DNA of 45,559 nt from a bacterium (GCA_020048935.1 JAIFLS010000012.1:1-45559), one strand, 5' to 3'. Shown: positions 18,213-28,713, counted from the stretch's first letter. A program made the numbers and translations. The notes: generated from the sequence alone by a model not told the origin.

Positions 18213-20817
18213 CGTCATCGAGAATCTCGCGCACCTTGGCGGCGAGTGCGTCGCAGGAGGCAGGCTTGCTGATGAAGTTGACGCCTTCCTGGAGAATGCC
18301 GCGATGGGCGATGATGTCGGCGGTGTAGCCGGACATGTAGAGTACCTGCATCGCGGGATGTTCTGCTACTAGTTTATCGGCCAATTCGCGACCGCTCATG
18401 CCTGGCATCACCACGTCGGTCAGCAGCAGGTCGATGCCGTTCGCGAAGTCGGCTGCAAGGCGTAACGCCACCTCGGCCGATTCCGCTTCGTACACGGTAT
18501 ACCCGAGTTTCTTGAGCTGTATGCTCATGGAGGTGCGTACGCTTCGTTCGTCCTCTACCAGCATGATCGTCTCGGACCCGCTGCGCGGCAGGATTTTCTG
18601 CTCGTTTTTCTGCACGATGGCCGTCTCCCGGGCGCACGGCAGGTAGATCCGGAAGGTTGTGCCTTCGCCGGGCTCGCTATAGACATTGAAGAATCCGCTG
18701 TTCTGCTTGACGATGCCGTAGACCGTGGCCAGTCCGAGCCCCGTGCCTTTGCCTTGAGCCTTGGTGGTGAAGAAGGGCTCGAATATGTGTTTCAGCGTCT
18801 CTCTGTCCATGCCGCAGCCGTCATCGCTGACCGCCAGCATGGCATAGTCACCGGGGGTGGCTTCGGTTTGATCCGTGCAGATGGCGGCGTCGACAGACAC
18901 ATTCCGCGTTTCGATACTCAGCGTACCCCCGCGGCCCCCGATCGCATCGCGTGCATTGACACAGAGGTTGGCGAGAACCTGGTCAAACTGGCCGGGATCA
19001 ATCTTCACCAGCCACGTTTCTGCGCCTGGCTGCCAGGATAGGTTGATATCCTCCCCGATCAGCCGCCGCAACATATTGAGCATGCTCCTGACCGCATTGT
19101 TGAGATCCAGCAGTTGCGGGGCAACGGTCTGCTGGCGGGCAAAGGCCAGCAGTTGCCGGGTGAGATTGGCCGCGCGCTCGGTCTCGAGCTTGATCTCATC
19201 GAGCCACTCGTGCACCGGATGATCAGGTGCAAGATCCTCGCTGCCCAGGTCGACATAGCTCATGACGCCCATCAGCATGTTGTTGAAATCATGCGCCACG
19301 CCGCCCGCCAGGCGTCCGATCGAATCCAGTTTCTGTGCATGGGTAAGCTGGAGTTGGAGCTGTTCGCGCTCGGCTTCCGCTTGTTTTGCGTCGGTTACGT
19401 CCCGGGCGATACCAACAAATCTCGATAGGGTTCCGGATACGTCGTGGATGGGTCCCCCGTTGGAGACGTGCCAGCGCCAGGATCCGTCACGGCGGACAAT
19501 CCGGTATTCGACGTTATTCTGTCGTTCGCCGTTCAATAGCGCTTTTTCGAGAATCGACCGGTATCGCTGGCGGTCCTCGGGGTGGATATAGGGATAGAAG
19601 GCGTTGCCGATTGCGTGTTCGGCGGGTTCGCCCATGAAATCGTTCCAATTGGGCGAAACATAGGTAATGACGCCTTCCGGCGAGAGGGCATAAACGAGGT
19701 CATTGGCATTCTCGACGAAAGACCGGAACTGCTGCTCGCTACGGCGCAAGGATTCGCTGGTACGGGCCAGTTTGATCTGGCTGTAGGAGAAACTGGAAAT
19801 CATGCCGATCATGTTGCAGTAGAAGGCCATCACCTTGTCGACCGTCTCCCGCGACCAGCGTGGAATGCGGCGGTAGGCTGCGAGATAAGCGGCCTCATCG
19901 AATCCATAACGATGTGCCTGCTCGCGGAACACATCCAGTTCCGGCACTTCATCATCAAACAGGAACTGACAGAGAAAGAGATTCCCCATATGCTTTTTGC
20001 CGATCATGACCGGGGTGGCGATATCCCACATGTTGTTTTTGCACTTGTATGCCTTGAACGTCCCCGGTTCGATGCCGGCGGAGTGCCGGACGTTGCTTTC
20101 GATGCAGTTCCTGAGGGTGTCTGGATGGGAGCGGTGAAAGTTTGTGCAGATATCCTGCCAACCTGTCCTGGCGATTACATTGCCATCTGTATCAACAATA
20201 CCTACACCAATGTCTGTCAGGGCGTGGAAGTCATCCATCAGCGATTGGAGTTGCGTGCAGTCAACAACATCCGCCAGCGTCAGTAGTTCGAGTTCGTCTG
20301 CCGGATCGAGAAGCGCATTCAGTTTCGCCTGCACCCGGCCTTCGCTTGCCTGTAATGCGAACTCCATCTTTTTAAGCGCCGTCACATCCGTGTGCGTGCC
20401 GAACATCAGCAGGGCGGATCCGTTTTCGTCATTTGCTATGACGCGGCCTTGAGCGCGAATCCATAGCCAATGTCCATCCTTGTGCCGCATGCGGAATTCG
20501 CATTCGTAGTTCGGGGTTTCCCCCCCGATGCATGCTGTCAGGCGCCGGACGGCCTCGTCGCGGTCGTCGGGATGCACCAGACGCTTCCATGTCGAATGGT
20601 TGCAGGGCGTCAGTTCGCTGATGGTGTAGCCGAGCATCGCCGCCCACTGCTCATTGAATACCGTGTGGTTGGTCTGCAGGTTCCGCTCCCAGGTTCCCAG
20701 TCCGGAGTTCTCGCTGATAAGCCTGAGTTCCTGTTGTTTTGCTTCCAGCTCCCGGCTCAAATAGGCGATCTGCGCTTCCGTCTGTTCATTCCCGGCGATG
20801 TCATGGACGTGATTCAC
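18178..20817 (-). CDS. Hybrid sensor kinase: PAS - PocR-like - PAS - HisKA - HATPase - REC
   Basis: The start is GTG 20817, preceded by GGAGGA. The PAS blocks include HPDD ... FRMRHKDGHWLWIRAQG and IHPEDR ... YRIVRRDGSWRWH. The PocR-like stretch LQSLMDDFHALTDIGVGIVDTDGNVIA ... YKCKNNMWDIATPVMIGKKHMGNLFLCQF lies at nt ~19783-20265. The H-box is GGVAHDFNNML. The REC part reads IMLVEDE ... LLTDVVMPGMSG. Confidence 0.85.
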   Translation of the reverse strand: MNHVHDIAGNEQTEAQIAYLSRELEAKQQELRLISENSGLGTWERNLQTNHTVFNEQWAAMLGYTISELTPCNHSTWKRLVHPDDRDEAVRRLTACIGGETPNYECEFRMRHKDGHWLWIRAQGRVIANDENGSALLMFGTHTDVTALKKMEFALQASEGRVQAKLNALLDPADELELLTLADVVDCTQLQSLMDDFHALTDIGVGIVDTDGNVIARTGWQDICTNFHRSHPDTLRNCIESNVRHSAGIEPGTFKAYKCKNNMWDIATPVMIGKKHMGNLFLCQFLFDDEVPELDVFREQAHRYGFDEAAYLAAYRRIPRWSRETVDKVMAFYCNMIGMISSFSYSQIKLARTSESLRRSEQQFRSFVENANDLVYALSPEGVITYVSPNWNDFMGEPAEHAIGNAFYPYIHPEDRQRYRSILEKALLNGERQNNVEYRIVRRDGSWRWHVSNGGPIHDVSGTLSRFVGIARDVTDAKQAEAEREQLQLQLTHAQKLDSIGRLAGGVAHDFNNMLMGVMSYVDLGSEDLAPDHPVHEWLDEIKLETERAANLTRQLLAFARQQTVAPQLLDLNNAVRSMLNMLRRLIGEDINLSWQPGAETWLVKIDPGQFDQVLANLCVNARDAIGGRGGTLSIETRNVSVDAAICTDQTEATPGDYAMLAVSDDGCGMDRETLKHIFEPFFTTKAQGKGTGLGLATVYGIVKQNSGFFNVYSEPGEGTTFRIYLPCARETAIVQKNEQKILPRSGSETIMLVEDERSVRTSMSIQLKKLGYTVYEAESAEVALRLAADFANGIDLLLTDVVMPGMSGRELADKLVAEHPAMQVLYMSGYTADIIAHRGILQEGVNFISKPASCDALAAKVREILDDVNPVPVVPARP

Positions 20818-22852
20818 TTGCTGTCCTCCATTGGGCGTTCATCCCCCCCGCGGGCGCTGAGCCCAGCACCTCGCGTATTTTCCCGGCGAGGGCATCGCGG
20901 GTGACCGGTTTGCTGACGAAATTGACGCCCTCCTCGAGTATGCCGTGATGGGCGATAACGTCGGCACTATAGCCGGACATATAGAGCACCTTCATCGCCG
21001 GATAGCGCGACGTCAGTGTTTCGGCCAGCTCGCGACCGCTCATGCCTGGCATGATCACGTCGGTCAGCAGCAGGTCGATGCCGTCCGCGTGTTCGGTTAC
21101 CAGGCGCAATGCCACCTCGGGCGATTCCGCCACAAGCACGCTGTAACCGAGGCCTTTGAGAAGGATGTTCAGGGTAAAGCGAACGTTTTTTTCATCTTCA
21201 ACCAGCATGACGGTCTCGTTTCCGCCGTGCGGCGGGTTGCCAGCGCTGGCAGGCGCTTGTCGGGGCTCTTCCGCGACGTCCTTATCCGCCACGACGTCTT
21301 CCGCTTCGACACGCGGCAGGTAGATGTGGAATGACGAGCCCTTGCCCGGTTCGCTGTCGACGCTCAGGAAACCGTTGTTCTGCTTGACAATCCCGTAGAC
21401 CGTGGCCAGGCCGAGACCGCAGCCTTCGTCCAGGCGCTTGTTGGTGAAAAACGGTTCGAAGATTTTGTCGAGCGTCTCGCGGTCCATGCCGCAGCCGTTG
21501 TCGCGGATCGTCAGCAAGACATGCTCGCCCGGATTGGCGTCGGCCTGATCTGCACAGAAGGCGGCATCAAGAGGTGCGTTGCGCGTCTCGAGCGTTATCC
21601 TACCCGCGCGGGTACCGATGGCATCACGCGCGTTGATGCAAAGGTTGGCGAGGATCTGGTCAAGCTGGCCGGGGTCCAGCCTGACGGCCCATAGATCAGC
21701 CCCCGGCTGCCAGTCCAGGTCGATATCCTCGCCAATCAGTCGTCGCAGCATCTTGAGCATCTTCCCGACGGCGTCATTGATGGCCATCACCTTCGGCGCA
21801 ATTGGCTGCTGGCGGGCAAAGGCCAGTAGTTGACGGGTCAGATCAGCGGCGTGCTCGACCCCCTGCGTGATCGCATCCACCCATTTGATCGCCGGATGCC
21901 CGGGGGGAATGGCCGAGCGACAAAGCTCGGCATATCCGCTAACCCCCATGAGCGTGTTATTGAAATCGTGGGCCACGCCGCCGGCCAATCGGCCGATGGC
22001 ATCCAGCCTGCGGGCTTTCTGCACCTGCAGCAGCAGTTTTTCCTTCTCGGCCTCCGCCCGCTTGCGCTCGGTGAAGTCGCGGAACGCCCAGACGCGCCCC
22101 ACGATCTCGACACCGACTCTCTGCGGTTGTGAGTAACGCTCGAAAAGACGCCCGTCCTTGAATTCGATCGAGTCGAAACTGGATGTTTCCGGCTGGGCAT
22201 GGAGCTGCTCTATTCTGGTCAGGAACCCTCGCGGATCGACAAGTTGATCCAGGATGGGGTTGAAGGCGGCGGCATCATCCCGGCAGTCAAGGACCTCCTG
22301 CGGAATACGCCACATCCTGGCGAAATTCTCGTTATAGCGCATGATGACGCCGTTGAGGTTAACGACCAGAATCCCTTCCGCCGTCGATTCCAGTGCGGCC
22401 GTCAGCAGGGAGTTGGACGATTGCAACGCTTCCTCCACTTGCTTGCGTTCGGTGATGTCCTGCGCCTGGATGGCGATATCCGCTCCGATCGGGATCACCA
22501 CAAGGCGCAGCCAGGTCGGTTTTGATGCGTCGTCCCCGACATGGAAATCTTCCATGATCCGCACGTTCCCGCTGTTCGCGACATACCGATAAGTCTCGAA
22601 AACGGATGTGCCGCGACTGGTGGGAAACCGCTCCAGCAGGCGTTTCCCGACGATGCGTTGCGGGGCGGTGCCATTCATGCGGGCGTTTTCCGGGTTCTCG
22701 TAGATCCAGGTGAAATCGATAATCGCACCGTTTTTGTTGCGCACGGGTTGCAGGATGCTGAATCCGTCAGGAGCGTGTTCCATCGCCAGCCGGAAACGCG
22801 CATCATCAGCCGCATCCGGGTTGGACGGTTGGACGTTTTCGTTGTTTAACAT
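20801..22852 (-). CDS. Hybrid sensor kinase: PAS-PAS-HisKA-HATPase-REC (tandem paralogue of the downstream gene)
   Basis: Motifs are LTAALESTAEGILVVNLNG (PAS), GGVAHDFNNTLMGV, LANLCINARDAI, DNGCGM and GLGLATVYGIVKQN. The REC part reads VMLVEDE ... LLTDVIMPGMSG. Confidence 0.88.
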   Translation of the reverse strand: MLNNENVQPSNPDAADDARFRLAMEHAPDGFSILQPVRNKNGAIIDFTWIYENPENARMNGTAPQRIVGKRLLERFPTSRGTSVFETYRYVANSGNVRIMEDFHVGDDASKPTWLRLVVIPIGADIAIQAQDITERKQVEEALQSSNSLLTAALESTAEGILVVNLNGVIMRYNENFARMWRIPQEVLDCRDDAAAFNPILDQLVDPRGFLTRIEQLHAQPETSSFDSIEFKDGRLFERYSQPQRVGVEIVGRVWAFRDFTERKRAEAEKEKLLLQVQKARRLDAIGRLAGGVAHDFNNTLMGVSGYAELCRSAIPPGHPAIKWVDAITQGVEHAADLTRQLLAFARQQPIAPKVMAINDAVGKMLKMLRRLIGEDIDLDWQPGADLWAVRLDPGQLDQILANLCINARDAIGTRAGRITLETRNAPLDAAFCADQADANPGEHVLLTIRDNGCGMDRETLDKIFEPFFTNKRLDEGCGLGLATVYGIVKQNNGFLSVDSEPGKGSSFHIYLPRVEAEDVVADKDVAEEPRQAPASAGNPPHGGNETVMLVEDEKNVRFTLNILLKGLGYSVLVAESPEVALRLVTEHADGIDLLLTDVIMPGMSGRELAETLTSRYPAMKVLYMSGYSADVIAHHGILEEGVNFVSKPVTRDALAGKIREVLGSAPAGGMNAQWRTASESRP

Positions 22853-22895
22853 CCCTCGACTCGCTTATTTACGTGGAATTCCTGTCAATTGGTGG

Positions 22896-24530
22896 TCACT
22901 GGGGGAGGGGGGGCGCATCCGTGCGCTTCTGAAGGACGGTGCATATTGCCGATTGGAGGCGTCCTTGCGTGATCGGTTTGGACACGACCAGGTCGACGCC
23001 TGGGATTTCCAGCCCCCTGGCGTTGATCAGATCGCCATACCCGGTCACCAGGATGACCGGCATATCAGCTTTTATACGTTTTGCCCGCGTGGCGACCACG
23101 TCACCGCTCATCTCCATCATCGCCCGGTCTGTCATTACCAGATCGAATGTCCCTGCTGCCAGCCGCGCAAGCCCGGTCTCGGCATCCTCGAATATCTCGA
23201 CGTCGTGTCCTTCCGCCTCGAGAAAGCGTTTGAGAACCTGTAGCGAGGCCGCATCATCGTCGATGACAAGAACACGCAGGAAGGGAATCTCGATCAGGGG
23301 GGGGGGCGTCTTGCTGACTTTCGGGGTTCTGCTTTCCGGCAGCGAGATCGTCACGCAGGTCCCATGTCCCTCGCGGCTCTCGATGGTTATATCGCCGCCA
23401 TGCCGGCGCGCAATGTTGCAGCACATCGCCAGGCCGAGTCCGGACCCGTTTTCGCCCTTGGTCGAGAAAAACGGTTCCATGCAGCGTGCTGCGGTTTCCG
23501 GCGACATGCCCGCACCATCGTCCGACACGCTCAGGTGAATCATCGCATTATCCGCACAGGCGCTGCTGATCCGTATCGTGCCCTCGTGGTCGATGGCATG
23601 TGCGGAATTAATCACGAGGTTGATCAGCATCTGATGCAATTGCGATTCGCTGGCGGACACGTCGGGCGTCTGGCCGATATCGTTGATGATCCGTATGCGT
23701 TTCCCTTCCGCCAGCCAGCCCGTGAGCGTCTGCTTGATAACCTTGTCAACCAGTGGGCGCAGCGCGACGGGCGCGACCGCCCGCGGGGCGTCATCCGAGT
23801 AGAATCCGCGTAGGCGCTGGACAACCGATTGCGCATCCCTAGCGGCCGAAAGCACGGTGTCCAGTATCTCGATCTGCTCCTGCGAGCCGCCATCGGTTTT
23901 TATCTGCATCAGCAGATAGTCGGTTAATCCGAGAATCGGCATGAGGGCGTTATTGAAGTCGTGTGCAATACCGCTGGCCAGTTGCCCCAGGGCGTTCAGG
24001 CGTTCCTGCCGTTCGATTTTCGCGTGGGTCATGCGTACGCTCTCAAGCGCGGCGGTCAACTGGTCGTTGCTCGCCTGCAGGGCCTTCGTGCGTGCGGCCA
24101 CCAGGTCCTCCAGGTCGTGCAGGTAAGCCGCCTTTTCCTGTTCAAGCTGTTTGCAGCGATCATCGGTTGCCTTGATTTTGGCCGCCTTCTCGACGGCACG
24201 ACACAACACGTCGTCAGGGGTCGGTTTGATCAAGTAGTCCGCGGCTCCGTTCCGAACCGCCTCCGCCGCTCCGTCCAGGGTCGGCGCCCCGGTCATCATG
24301 ATTATTTGGGTGGCTAATCCGCGTTGACGGACGGCCTTGAGCAGTTCGATCCCGTCATCGCCGGGCATCACAATGTCCGTCAGGATGACATCGACGTCGT
24401 GTTGCAGTAGTATACCTATGGCCTCTGCGGTGCTTTCCGCCGTTACCACCTGGTGGTTATCCTTCTGGAGGCGTTTCTGCATCATCAGGCGCATCGACAC
24501 TTCATCATCAACAACTAATATAAACGCCAT
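22896..24530 (-). CDS. REC-HisKA-HATPase-REC sensor kinase
   Basis: ATG 24530 is preceded by AGGAGCGTGAT; the track start 24635 adds 35 aa with no RBS. Motifs are ILVVDDEVSM ... ILTDIVMPGDDG, then SGIAHDFNNALMPI, INLVINSAHAI, DDGAGM and GSGLGLAMC, then VLVIDDD ... VMTDRAMMEMSG. Confidence 0.85.
   Translation of the reverse strand: MAFILVVDDEVSMRLMMQKRLQKDNHQVVTAESTAEAIGILLQHDVDVILTDIVMPGDDGIELLKAVRQRGLATQIIMMTGAPTLDGAAEAVRNGAADYLIKPTPDDVLCRAVEKAAKIKATDDRCKQLEQEKAAYLHDLEDLVAARTKALQASNDQLTAALESVRMTHAKIERQERLNALGQLASGIAHDFNNALMPILGLTDYLLMQIKTDGGSQEQIEILDTVLSAARDAQSVVQRLRGFYSDDAPRAVAPVALRPLVDKVIKQTLTGWLAEGKRIRIINDIGQTPDVSASESQLHQMLINLVINSAHAIDHEGTIRISSACADNAMIHLSVSDDGAGMSPETAARCMEPFFSTKGENGSGLGLAMCCNIARRHGGDITIESREGHGTCVTISLPESRTPKVSKTPPPLIEIPFLRVLVIDDDAASLQVLKRFLEAEGHDVEIFEDAETGLARLAAGTFDLVMTDRAMMEMSGDVVATRAKRIKADMPVILVTGYGDLINARGLEIPGVDLVVSKPITQGRLQSAICTVLQKRTDAPPLPQ
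23297..23306 (-). repeat. Poly-C(10) on the coding (minus) strand, encoding TPPPL
   Basis: Ten consecutive G on the + strand were counted at 23297-23306. The tract lies in the linker between the ATPase core and the C-terminal receiver. Confidence 0.9.
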
Positions 24531-24826
24531 ATCACGCTCCTGAGGCAACCAGTATCCGCCGCTTGTCAACTTGACCCCGTGATACCCAGAGTCAACAAGT
24601 GATTCCAGAGTAATACAGAAGTTGAAAGGGCGCAAGCCGGAACTCGTGTGAGCAGCGATTCGCGATTCTTACGATGGAGTCTTCCCGAGTCCATCCTGCA
24701 CGGTTGCGAGAATGGACTCGAACGCGATGGTCTTGGGGAGAATGATCTCGTCGGTTCCGACCTGGTTGCGCCGCGTGGCTTCCTTGTTGCTGACCAAGGC
24801 GGTTTTGTCCGCCACCGCGATTATTA

Positions 24827-25501
24827 TCACCGATTGTTACCCAGGACGTGGGAGGGGGCAGCGGGTTGAACCGATGACAGCATGTCCTTGTCAGCGAGGT
24901 AGACGGCGATGTCGCTGCGATTCCAGTCTTGTTCGCGCATGACGATATCCTGTGCATGCTTGATATCGCGGACATCCTGGTACTGGCCGTTGCTGGACAT
25001 CCAGAATGTTCCGTTATGGCGGCCGATGACGATGGCGTGGGCTTCATTCTTGTTTTTGGCATTGAGGATATACATGCTGGCGTCCAAGCCGCGAGCTAAG
25101 CAGATATCCCGGACTGTGGCTGCGAAATCCTCGCAATCGCCCAGGTGCCGGTTCCAGGTCTCCAGGCTGGTTTGCCAGTGATCGGTGGTGTCCGCGGCGT
25201 AACGGATGCGGGAACTGACGGCCTCGCAGATTGCCTGTGGCGTTGTTGCCGTTACGTTGCGGGCAACCCATGCCGTGACGGGGGGACGCGGGCCGTTGGA
25301 TTGCGGTTCCGCCGCTGACAAGGGAAACGCATTCAACGGCTGCTGCGGTGTTCTTGCCTCTGCATGGCGGGCTTTGTAGGCAGCCCAGGCCGCGCGGAAT
25401 TCCGGGTCTTCGGCGATGGACCGGTTTGAGGCGCTGGCGGGGATCGCGATCAGGATGACACTGGCGGCAATGATTTGCAATGTTCGTCCAGGTTTCTGCA
25501 T
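24827..25501 (-). CDS. Secreted transglutaminase-like / papain-fold cysteine peptidase (BTLCP, LapG-like family candidate)
   Basis: A signal peptide is present (MQKPGRTLQIIAASVILIAIPASA/SN). The Cys motif is GDCEDFA and the His motif EAHAIV lies 32 aa later. The third catalytic residue is not confidently placed. GGAG lies 8 nt upstream of the ATG. Confidence 0.5.
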   Translation of the reverse strand: MQKPGRTLQIIAASVILIAIPASASNRSIAEDPEFRAAWAAYKARHAEARTPQQPLNAFPLSAAEPQSNGPRPPVTAWVARNVTATTPQAICEAVSSRIRYAADTTDHWQTSLETWNRHLGDCEDFAATVRDICLARGLDASMYILNAKNKNEAHAIVIGRHNGTFWMSSNGQYQDVRDIKHAQDIVMREQDWNRSDIAVYLADKDMLSSVQPAAPSHVLGNNR

Positions 25502-25546
25502 CGTTTAGACTCCGTGTTTGCGTGTTGCTTGACGGAGTCTTCTATC

Positions 25547-25561
25547 GCAGTGATCGTGCCA
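25547..25561 (-). promoter_or_regulatory. Sigma-54 type -24/-12 promoter candidate (TGGCAC-gatca-CTGC) reading toward the peptidase gene
   Basis: The minus strand reads TGGCACGATCACTGC against the consensus TGGCAC-N5-TTGC, with GG and GC at the correct spacing. It lies ~45 nt upstream of ATG 25501 with an SD in between. An NtrC-type activator gene is immediately upstream. Confidence 0.5.
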
Positions 25562-25649
25562 ATCTCTTTATTATTTCATAAGATGTTGTTTTACAGTGCG
25601 ATATGATTATTAGTCTGGATGATCCGGAAAAAATACAGCGCATCAGATG

Positions 25650-25665
25650 TGTCCGCAGGCGGACA
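25650..25665. promoter_or_regulatory. Perfect dyad TGTCCGC-ag-GCGGACA, candidate enhancer (UAS) for the sigma-54 promoter
   Basis: The arms are 7 bp with a 2-nt spacer, which is too tight a loop for an RNA hairpin. The dyad lies ~90-105 bp upstream of the -24 element. An AT-rich stretch (25561-25640) separates the two. Confidence 0.35.
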
Positions 25666-25697
25666 GGTCAATGGTCATGTGTTCGAATCCGTTCAGG

Positions 25698-27137
25698 TTA
25701 GCTGGATCCGATATCGTGCGCGGCCATCATGCGGTAGAGCTTGGGTCGGCTAATGCCAAGGAGTCGGGCTGTGGCGGCAACGTTACTGTTGGCGGTGGCC
25801 AGCGCCCGCCGGATAAGGGTTGCTTCCGCCTCTTTGAGGTTAAGTGGCAAATCGCCGTCAGAGAACCGTGCGTCTGCGGCGGGAGGACTGCTGGCCTGCG
25901 GGCTCTCGGTAAGCGGGCCCTCGCAGTGGATATGGTTGGCGTAAATGGTTCCGCCACGGCACAGAATCAGGGCGCGCTCAACGATGTTCCTTAATTCGCG
26001 GACATTTCCAGGAAAATCATGTTTCGCCAGTGCTGCCAATGCCGTGTCATCAAATTCAGAGGGTGGAATCCCCATTTCCGTGGATATCAGTTTATTGAAA
26101 TGGTGTGCAAGAAACGGTATTTCCGTTCTCCTCTGCCGTAGCGGGGGGAGGGTGATGGTATAGCCAGCCAACCGGTAATAGAGATCGGAGCGAAATTTGC
26201 GGTTGGTGATTTGGTCCGCGATATTGGCATTGGTGGCCGCCACAATGCGCACGTTAACCTGTCGAGCCTTCGGGGCGCCAACCGCTGTGACGGCCCCATC
26301 TTCCAGAACCCGGAGGAGTTTTGTCTGCATTTCGAGGGGCATATCGCCAATCTCATCAAGAAAAAGGGTCCCGCTATCGGCAAGCTCGAAGCAGCCTTTG
26401 CGATCGGCAACTGCACCGGTAAAGGCCCCCCTGATATGCCCGAACAGGGTTGATTCAGCGAGTTCGGCCGGCACCGCCGAACAATTGATCGGCACGAATG
26501 GATTACGTGCTCGTGCACTGCCGAAATGGATGGCTCGCGCGATCAGTTCCTTGCCCGTGCCGCTTTCGCCTGTGATCAGGACCGAAGTGGCGGGCGACTT
26601 GCAGATGAGCTGGACATCATGCATCACCCGCTTCATGGCCGGTGACTGGCTGACCATGCCGGAAATCCCGCTGCGTTCGCGTTCCTGCCCGGATAAAAAC
26701 GAGACTTGAGCAGCCAGCAGATCGCGTTCCTCTGCGACCTGCCGGTAACGCAAGGTCCGGCTGATGGTCTGGGTGATCATATCCTTATCAACGGGTTTCT
26801 CGAAAAAATCAAACGCGCCTAGTTTCAGTGCCTTGATGGCGTCCTCTTTGTCGGCGGTTCCGGTAATGACGATCACATCGGTCTGAGGGCTGATTTTCTT
26901 GGCTTTTTCCAGGACATCATGACCGGACAACCCCGGCATGCAAAGGTCGGTGATCAGGATATCAGCGGGCGTGTGCGCCAGGGACTCAAGGCAGGCGATC
27001 GGATCGGTATACACCGTTGAATGGCAGTCAAGCAATTTAAGATAGGATCGGATCGTAATGCCAATGCGCTGGTCATCATCCAGAATCACGACATGGACCT
27101 GGCGCGATAGGGATTTCGCTTCAACTTCCATGGGCAT
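25698..27137 (-). CDS. Sigma-54-dependent response regulator (NtrC family: REC + AAA+ + Fis-type HTH)
   Basis: The REC part reads VVILDDD ... ILITDLCMPGLSG ... FFEKPV. The Walker A is GESGTGKELIARAIH. The sigma-54 contact loop GAFTGA is intact, and DEIGDMPLEMQTKLLRVLE follows. The C-terminal HTH reads NVAATARLLGISRPKLYRMM. Confidence 0.92.
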   Translation of the reverse strand: MPMEVEAKSLSRQVHVVILDDDQRIGITIRSYLKLLDCHSTVYTDPIACLESLAHTPADILITDLCMPGLSGHDVLEKAKKISPQTDVIVITGTADKEDAIKALKLGAFDFFEKPVDKDMITQTISRTLRYRQVAEERDLLAAQVSFLSGQERERSGISGMVSQSPAMKRVMHDVQLICKSPATSVLITGESGTGKELIARAIHFGSARARNPFVPINCSAVPAELAESTLFGHIRGAFTGAVADRKGCFELADSGTLFLDEIGDMPLEMQTKLLRVLEDGAVTAVGAPKARQVNVRIVAATNANIADQITNRKFRSDLYYRLAGYTITLPPLRQRRTEIPFLAHHFNKLISTEMGIPPSEFDDTALAALAKHDFPGNVRELRNIVERALILCRGGTIYANHIHCEGPLTESPQASSPPAADARFSDGDLPLNLKEAEATLIRRALATANSNVAATARLLGISRPKLYRMMAAHDIGSS

Positions 27138-27175
27138 CTCCGGGGTTGTTGCATCTGGCTGGCATTGAAAAACCG

Positions 27176-28704
<1,529 letters not shown>

Positions 28705-28713
28705 ACGGGGTCT

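Noticed and set aside
18374-18381. A perfect sigma-28 -10 box GCCGATAA on the minus strand. I also scanned both strands for TAAA-N15-GCCGATAA, because fliA is encoded in this window.
   Set aside because: There is no TAAA-like -35 at the correct spacing, and the site lies inside the hybrid kinase coding region near its 3' end. I found no convincing sigma-28 promoter upstream of cheY, flgL or the che operons.
24592-25062. The track ORFs 24592-25062(-) and 24648-24869(+), which span the peptidase 3' end and the downstream gap.
   Set aside because: They overlap the well-supported peptidase ORF in another frame or strand. Their composition is Pro/Arg/Ser-rich, with no RBS or recognisable motif.
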